Under the pieces are notes generated by a model. It was not told where the DNA came from and ran no database searches. It saw only the letters and a list, made by a program, of their open reading frames with translations. A stretch of 64,000 bases of DNA from a virus (Duplodnaviria > Caudoviricetes): positions 1 through 64,000 of IMG/VR virus record IMGVR_UViG_3300043694_000018; one strand, 5' to 3'. This document shows, piece by piece, positions 59,367 to 64,000 of this stretch (position 1 is the stretch's first letter; every line of letters begins with the position of its first letter). The translations under genes and the position numbers were made by a program.

Positions 59367-59556
59367 GCGGCACCTTGCTTTCGAGCACGATGACGCGCTT
59401 GATCCGGTCGTGCCAGATGCGGAACGACTCGGTCGGCCGGTTCGGCACTTCGAGCACGATCTCGCAGTCGCTGTGGCGATAGGGCTCGGCCAGCCGGGCG
59501 GTGGTGTCGCCGCCGTTGGTCGTGAGCACGCGCACGAGGATGCCCTTGGGGATCAT
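59359..59556 (-). CDS. Hypothetical SH3-like small protein
   Basis: G..VRV.T.NGG beta-rich pattern. Confidence 0.55.
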   Translation of the reverse strand: MIPKGILVRVLTTNGGDTTARLAEPYRHSDCEIVLEVPNRPTESFRIWHDRIKRVIVLESKVPRE

Positions 59557-59559
59557 GGT

Positions 59560-59844
59560 TCAGGCCTCCAGCGTCCGGGTGAGGTTCAGCCGCGCCGCCA
59601 TCGGCACCCGGTCGAGGGTGTCGTTGGCGTTGACGATCATCGCCATGCTGTACGAGCCGTAGGGCTTGAACTGCTCGACGCCGTTGTAGACCGAGAGGCG
59701 GCGCACGACGCGCTTGCCGTGGACCTCGGTGGTGATGGTCTTCGCGGTGCGCGCCTCGATGCGGAAGAAGCTCCACAACTGGCTATCGCCCGTGAAGTTG
59801 TCGGCGTAGGTGGTGCCGACCTGAAAGCGCTTGATGTCGTTCAC
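59560..59844 (-). CDS. Hypothetical protein
   Basis: ACACAGGAG leader before GTG; F.VG.TY......D.......RTAKTI motif. Confidence 0.7.
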   Translation of the reverse strand: MNDIKRFQVGTTYADNFTGDSQLWSFFRIEARTAKTITTEVHGKRVVRRLSVYNGVEQFKPYGSYSMAMIVNANDTLDRVPMAARLNLTRTLEA

Positions 59845-59857
59845 GATGATCTCCTGT

Positions 59858-59883
59858 GTCACGCCCTAAATAGAGGGCGTGAC
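59858..59883. promoter_or_regulatory. Extended palindrome GTCACGCCCT-AAATAG-AGGGCGTGAC
   Basis: Intergenic. Confidence 0.8.
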
Positions 59884-59900
59884 GTTCGGGGTTCAAGGGT

Positions 59901-60086
59901 TCAGCGGCGGGTCTTCGCGGCCTTCTTGGCGGCGGCCAGAAAGTCGTCGCCGACCTTCAGGACGCTCACCCGGTGAAGCCGCGCGATCATGCGTAGCCGC
60001 ACAGACGAGGTTTCGATGACGCCCTTGGGCGAGGTGCGCTTGGCTTCCTCGACCAGCCGGGCAATCGCCTCTCGGTACTTGCTCAT
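59901..60086 (-). CDS. Hypothetical protein
   Basis: GGAGG RBS. Confidence 0.6.
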   Translation of the reverse strand: MSKYREAIARLVEEAKRTSPKGVIETSSVRLRMIARLHRVSVLKVGDDFLAAAKKAAKTRR

Positions 60087-60490
60087 CGCACCACCTCCAC
60101 CACTTCTCGCTCGGCGAGGTAGCGGTACTTGCCGTCAGCAAACTCGACGCGGGCGCGCATGTAGCGCGTGCCGCCAACGCTAGTCCGGCGCGTCCACTCG
60201 ATGGCCGCGACCTCGCGGGCACCGTCGCCGCCGATCACCAGCCAGTCGCCGACCTTCACGGCCTCGGCCTCGATGTTCTCGAAGCGGCCGAGGTCGCCCT
60301 CGGCCATCTGCGGCACCGCGCGGGCCTTGGCCAGTTCGGCGCGGAGGTCCCACGCTCGGTCGAGCAGCTTGCGGCTGACGCTCGCGGCGTCGTAGGCATC
60401 CGACTCCAAGCCGTACTGGCTGAGGAGCTTGGCGGCCTCCTTGCACCGCGCGGAGGCGGTGAACAGAATCTCTACTTGTGTGTCAGTCAT
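60083..60490 (-). CDS. Hypothetical protein
   Basis: ACACAGGAC leader. Confidence 0.65.
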   Translation of the reverse strand: MTDTQVEILFTASARCKEAAKLLSQYGLESDAYDAASVSRKLLDRAWDLRAELAKARAVPQMAEGDLGRFENIEAEAVKVGDWLVIGGDGAREVAAIEWTRRTSVGGTRYMRARVEFADGKYRYLAEREVVEVVR

Positions 60491-60522
60491 GATGGTCCTG
60501 TGTTGGTTCTCTCGACTCCCCG

Positions 60523-60554
60523 ACCCCGCTCACGGGTCCTAACCGTGGCGGGGT
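60523..60554 (-). ncRNA. Bulged leader hairpin, copy B
   Basis: ACCCCGC-CACGG-[UUAGGAC]-CCGUG-A-GCGGGGU. Confidence 0.55.
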
Positions 60555-60637
60555 TCTGGGGTGATGCCGGGGCTCGACCCGGCGGCTGCATTTCCTAGGC
60601 CGTCCCCGACACTCCGGGGTGCTTCGCCCTCCCCACC

Positions 60638-60682
60638 AAGATGGGGATGCTGAAAGATTTTTGCAAGCCCTAAAAAGAGGAC
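60638..60682 (-). promoter_or_regulatory. Sigma70-like early promoter TTGCAA-N17-CATCTT abutting variant palindrome GCCCT-AAAAAG-AGGAC
   Basis: Sequence match to the other two copies. Confidence 0.6.
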
Positions 60683-61149
60683 ATCAAAACCTCGTACTTT
60701 TCGCTCAGCCCGCGCACGAGATCGGCAGCCTCAGAGAAGGTATCGGCCGGGACGCGCAGGGTCTCGACCGGGTGCTGCCCGGCATCTGGGCCGCTCATCA
60801 GCGTCGCGTTGCCGTTGACGTATTGCACCGTCCAGAGCGTCTGGACCTTGGCCTTTGGGTTGGCCACGACCACGTCGAGCGGCTTGCGGTTGAAGCTATC
60901 GTCCAACAGCGTCGCCCGCTCGTACTCGTAGACCTTCGAGCCGGGGAACGTGTCGAACACGATGCGCCCGGTGGTCCGGCCCTCGGCGACCAGCCTGCGG
61001 CTGGCGTGGCAGCCAGTCTTGAACTCCATGCGGGAGTTGTGCTTGCGCTCGCCCCAGCTTGGCTTGTAGGCGTACTTCGCCACGTTGGCCTCGCGGCCGT
61101 CCGTGAGCTTCACGCGCTCGGCCGTCACTCGATAGACATACGCACCCAT
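60670..61149 (-). CDS. Hypothetical protein
   Basis: ACACAGGAG leader. Confidence 0.65.
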   Translation of the reverse strand: MGAYVYRVTAERVKLTDGREANVAKYAYKPSWGERKHNSRMEFKTGCHASRRLVAEGRTTGRIVFDTFPGSKVYEYERATLLDDSFNRKPLDVVVANPKAKVQTLWTVQYVNGNATLMSGPDAGQHPVETLRVPADTFSEAADLVRGLSEKYEVLMSSF

Positions 61150-61183
61150 TGAACTCTCCTGTGTTGGTTCTCTCGACTCCCTG

Positions 61184-61216
61184 ACCCCGCGTCAGGTTCT
61201 CAGGCCTGAGCGGGGT
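61184..61216 (-). ncRNA. Bulged leader hairpin, copy C
   Basis: ACCCCGC-UCAGG-[CCUGAGAA]-CCUGA-C-GCGGGGU. Confidence 0.55.
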
Positions 61217-61224
61217 TGCGGGGG

Positions 61225-62187
61225 TTACATCTGATGATTGTCGCCGCTGAAGTCGTTGTAGTCCGGCTCCGGCTCGGCCGACCCGGTCGAGTAGTCGGTG
61301 CGGGCACCGTCGCCGTCTTCGCTGCGCTGGTCGTCGGCAGGCCCGATCTTGCGGGCCTGCGTCGGGCGACTGAAGAAGCCGAACTTCGGGTCATCCCGGC
61401 TCGGCTGGACCTTGGCGCTGAACTCGACGGTGTCGCCGCGCTCGACGCTCAGACCGGCGGGGACCGTGCCCCACACCTTCCAGCCGTCCTGATGGCGGAC
61501 CAGCATCTTGAGCACCGAGCCCCGGAAGCCATCGACCAGCTTGGTGCTGACGACCTCGCCCCGGATGGTGATGCGCTGGTCGCTGACCGGGAGCGGCGCG
61601 GCGGCGGCCTTCTCGGCCTCGCGCTGGGCGGTGCGCTGGGCGCGGTTGCTGATGTCGCTCAGCAGCTTGCCCACGAAGTTCGCCTGCTTGTCCGAGATCG
61701 AGCCGTAGCGCACGACCTTCGAGACGATGTCAGTGATGATCGACTCCTCGCGGGGAAGCGGCGCGTCGTAGGTCGCGGTGTAGATCGTCCACGCGGTGTT
61801 CAACTGGCGGTCGGCCAGAAGCTCCTGCGCGCGGGCCTTGCCCTTGAAGGTCTTGCGGCCAGCCGCGATCCGCTTCTTGAACGAGCGGAAGGCAGTGGCG
61901 TCGCCCATGTCCATCTTCTCGGCGCAGTCCATGCCGGTCTGGATGTAGGCGTTGCTCGGGCGATGATGGAAGCGCGCCACGTACATGGCGTGCGCGCCGC
62001 ACACGTGGCACGTGCCACCGTGCTCGTGATGAGACCACGTGCCACCCGTGCGCTTCTGATGCTCGCGGAAGAACATGCGGTCGCTGAGGAACGCCATGGA
62101 GTCCACGCCGCCGCCCAGATAGTCACAACTGACGTAGTCGTACTCCTGCGGCTGGATGGTGCTCGGGCGATGAAGGTCGGTTCTCAT
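61225..62187 (-). CDS. Protein with CxxC region and C-terminal OB-fold-like domain
   Basis: ACACAGGAC leader; CHVCG...CAEK; ITIRGEV....KVWGT...GDTVEF.A.V....DD..FGFFSRP. Confidence 0.7.
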   Translation of the reverse strand: MRTDLHRPSTIQPQEYDYVSCDYLGGGVDSMAFLSDRMFFREHQKRTGGTWSHHEHGGTCHVCGAHAMYVARFHHRPSNAYIQTGMDCAEKMDMGDATAFRSFKKRIAAGRKTFKGKARAQELLADRQLNTAWTIYTATYDAPLPREESIITDIVSKVVRYGSISDKQANFVGKLLSDISNRAQRTAQREAEKAAAAPLPVSDQRITIRGEVVSTKLVDGFRGSVLKMLVRHQDGWKVWGTVPAGLSVERGDTVEFSAKVQPSRDDPKFGFFSRPTQARKIGPADDQRSEDGDGARTDYSTGSAEPEPDYNDFSGDNHQM

Positions 62188-62224
62188 ATGGTCCTGTGTT
62201 TCCGGGCCACGGCGGCCCACCACA

Positions 62225-62252
62225 GAGATGGGGATTTGCAAAAAATTTGCAA
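62225..62252 (-). promoter_or_regulatory. Sigma70-like early promoter TTGCAA-N16-CATCTC
   Basis: Sequence match to the other two copies. Confidence 0.55.
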
Positions 62253-62274
62253 GCCCCCGATCTCGATTTCATAT

Positions 62275-62324
62275 GCCCTGCAATTAGGGCATGGTGGTTA
62301 TTGCACAGGCCCTGAAATTAGGGC
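62275..62324. promoter_or_regulatory. Two palindromic sites (62275-62290, 62309-62324)
   Basis: Upstream of the promoter at 62225-62252. Confidence 0.8.
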
Positions 62325-62855
62325 ACGCTCCAGCCCGGCCTTGGACCGGCGCAGCTTGCGCAGGGCGTTCTCGGCCCGGCGGGCCTTGGCCTCCCATCGC
62401 TCGATCCGGGCGGTGACGCTCAGCAGCTTGAGCGCGCGGACCTCGGCCTTGTCGGGCTTCGGCTTCGGCTCAGGCTTGGCCTTCGGCAGATGCCAGCCCT
62501 TCCTGACCACGTAGTCGACCATCGCCTTCTCCAGCGCCGCGTGGACGTGGGAGTGCGTCAGCTTGCCGGGGTGCATGACCTCGAACAGGTAGTGGCTGCA
62601 ATCGTGAACCATGCGGCCGAGACCGTTGTGCCCGCCGTTGGCGTAGCGCTTCGTGTCCTGCGGCTTGGTGTTCGCCCAGCACCGCCGACCCCGGCGGAAC
62701 CATGACGGCATCCGCAGGTAGATCGGGTCAATGTCCGGGTGCTTGGCGAACTTCGCGAACAGCTTGGCTGCCAGCGGCACGACCTCGGCCTTGGTGATCG
62801 GGGGGAGGATCGCTCCTCCCCACGCCGCGCCCACGTCGTCGTAGCTCACGGTCAT
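62298..62855 (-). CDS. Hypothetical protein
   Basis: GGAGG RBS; HD.SH...H..H pattern, possibly metal-binding. Confidence 0.6.
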   Translation of the reverse strand: MTVSYDDVGAAWGGAILPPITKAEVVPLAAKLFAKFAKHPDIDPIYLRMPSWFRRGRRCWANTKPQDTKRYANGGHNGLGRMVHDCSHYLFEVMHPGKLTHSHVHAALEKAMVDYVVRKGWHLPKAKPEPKPKPDKAEVRALKLLSVTARIERWEAKARRAENALRKLRRSKAGLERALISGPVQ

Positions 62856-63181
62856 GCGAGCCTCCGACCCTTGGCGCTGATGCGCGCCCAGTCCGACATC
62901 GAGACGCTTTGCTCGGCCCCGCCGTCGTGCAGCCAGATCAGCCGGGAGCCGGTCTCATCCTCGGCGACCCAGACGCGGCGGATGCCGCTGCCCAGTCGAC
63001 GGAGGTAGTGGTCGGTGTTCGCGATGAAGACCTCCCAACGCTCGGCGTCTTCGTAGCGCTCGCCCTCGGGCCTGCGCGCCTTGAAGCGCTTGCGCCGGGG
63101 CTTCACCTCCACCGGCTTCTGATCTCTCGACCGCCGCAGGAACGCGGGGATCGCGAGATCGTCATCACTCATCAACAACAT
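62852..63181 (-). CDS. Hypothetical protein with DDLAIPAFLRR motif
   Basis: ACACAGGAG leader. Confidence 0.65.
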   Translation of the reverse strand: MLLMSDDDLAIPAFLRRSRDQKPVEVKPRRKRFKARRPEGERYEDAERWEVFIANTDHYLRRLGSGIRRVWVAEDETGSRLIWLHDGGAEQSVSMSDWARISAKGRRLA

Positions 63182-63244
63182 TCGACTTCTCCTGTGTTCA
63201 ATCGAATGAAAGATTTTAGCACAGGAGGAAGCAAAAGTCGAGAC

Positions 63245-63260
63245 GCCCTATTTTGAGGGC
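63245..63260. promoter_or_regulatory. Palindromic site GCCCT-ATTTTG-AGGGC
   Basis: Overlaps stop of 63248 gene, upstream of next gene. Confidence 0.75.
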
Positions 63261-63520
63261 GCGTCGTCTTCGGGGCTACTAGACTTAGCGAAGCTGAGCG
63301 TGATCGTCTCGACTTCGCGCGCCGGTCTGTACTCGACCAAGTCGGCGAACTCCTCGTACTTCGACTCGTCAGCACCACCCTGCACGGCGACGGCGAACAC
63401 GTAGGCCGTGACCGGCGTGCCCTTCTCGCTCACGCCGCGCCAGATGCGCACCGGCATGTTCGGCTTCACACCGACGAGCGTCGCCCAGTCGTCGGTCAGT
63501 TCGATGGTCATCTTCACCAT
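63248..63520 (-). CDS. Hypothetical protein
   Basis: AGGAGA RBS; P.RIW.G.S..G.PV..YV. Confidence 0.65.
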   Translation of the reverse strand: MVKMTIELTDDWATLVGVKPNMPVRIWRGVSEKGTPVTAYVFAVAVQGGADESKYEEFADLVEYRPAREVETITLSFAKSSSPEDDAPSK

Positions 63521-63678
63521 CACCGTTCTCCTATTGCTAAGTCGCGGCACACGGCTTCGCCGTGGTGCCAGTAGCACTCGATCTTGGCGACGGCTCGCCA
63601 CAGCGGCGTGTCATCGATGCTCGACCAGTCGATAGAGAGCACGACCCATGCGATTAGCAGGATGGCCACGGAACGCAT
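63520..63678 (-). CDS. Small exported protein (52 aa)
   Basis: Hand translation: MRSVAILLIAWVVLSIDW...ECYWHHGEAVCRD; TGATG coupling. Confidence 0.5.
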   Translation of the reverse strand: MRSVAILLIAWVVLSIDWSSIDDTPLWRAVAKIECYWHHGEAVCRDLAIGER

Positions 63679-63830
63679 CACCATGGCTCGTGATCTTCAT
63701 CATCGTATTGCATGAAATCGATCAGCCGCTGCGGCAGGTCGAACCAGACCACGTACTGGATGCCCAGCAGCATGGCGGCGAGGGTCGCGCCGACGCACAG
63801 CAGAACGATGACCTCGCCGAGGCTGATCAC
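63678..63830 (-). CDS. Small membrane protein
   Basis: GTG overlap; hydrophobic. Confidence 0.5.
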   Translation of the reverse strand: MISLGEVIVLLCVGATLAAMLLGIQYVVWFDLPQRLIDFMQYDDEDHEPW

Positions 63831-64000
63831 TGGATGACGCGCGTCGCCAGCGCTGCGCGCTCGACCTCGGTGAGTTCCCAGTGCGCCACGACCAGCCACA
63901 GGTCCGCCTTGCCGATGCGGCGCAGCAGGTACGGATCACGCGGCGGGATCGGCTCCCATTCGGCTTCCCAGAGCACGTGATAGTTCGCGAGCCCACGCTT
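63827..64000 (-). CDS. 3' end of a conserved phage protein (cut by window edge)
   Basis: Hand translation: KRGLANYHVLWEAEWEPIPPRDPYLLRRIGKADLWLVVAHWELTEVERAAL. Confidence 0.65.
   Translation of the reverse strand, partial: KRGLANYHVLWEAEWEPIPPRDPYLLRRIGKADLWLVVAHWELTEVERAALATRVIQ

Noticed and set aside
53890-63260. Annotating the palindromes as lambda-type boxB/nut sites
   Set aside because: The loop is 6 nt and variable in sequence and orientation, with no boxA or N-like gene seen. Kept only as an alternative hypothesis.
1-64000. Prophage boundaries, integrase, tRNA or rRNA genes
   Set aside because: None recognised; lifestyle cannot be called from this window.

Overview
The window is most of a GC-rich (~65%) tailed dsDNA phage genome with a contractile-tail (myovirus-type) morphogenesis module. 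The host is probably a proteobacterium, likely an alphaproteobacterium (inference). The + strand (1-48055) carries a primase-helicase cut by the window edge, a NusG/RfaH-like regulator, TerS/TerL, a DUF1073-type portal, a head morphogenesis protein, a LAGLIDADG endonuclease, two large multi-domain proteins, a Nudix-DUF2213 protease/scaffold, capsid, neck, sheath/tube, tape measure with lysozyme, baseplate, tail fibres and an M15 endolysin. The - strand (48052-64000) is a dense array of small early genes including DUF3846 and DUF932. I saw no integrase, tRNA or CRISPR array. Main leads: (1) a 1854-aa protein and a 724-aa protein in the head operon built from effector modules (GNAT, ADP-ribosyltransferase-like, HExxH zincin, ParB-like, a 4x unknown domain). 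Each module begins with a repeated x-A/L-D | F/Y/W-D-P-x-E-P-R-D-x-x-G-x-W-T-like leader, suggesting a protease-processed, capsid-packaged effector polyprotein. (2) A 16-bp palindrome GCCCT-N6(AT-rich)-AGGGC, with 14 perfect copies found both at early promoters and inside late genes. (3) A covarying bulged RNA hairpin in three early leaders, plus a hairpin/pseudoknot whose loop is antisense to the shared ACACAGGA ribosome-binding motif of early genes. All family assignments come from motif recognition by eye; no database searches were run.
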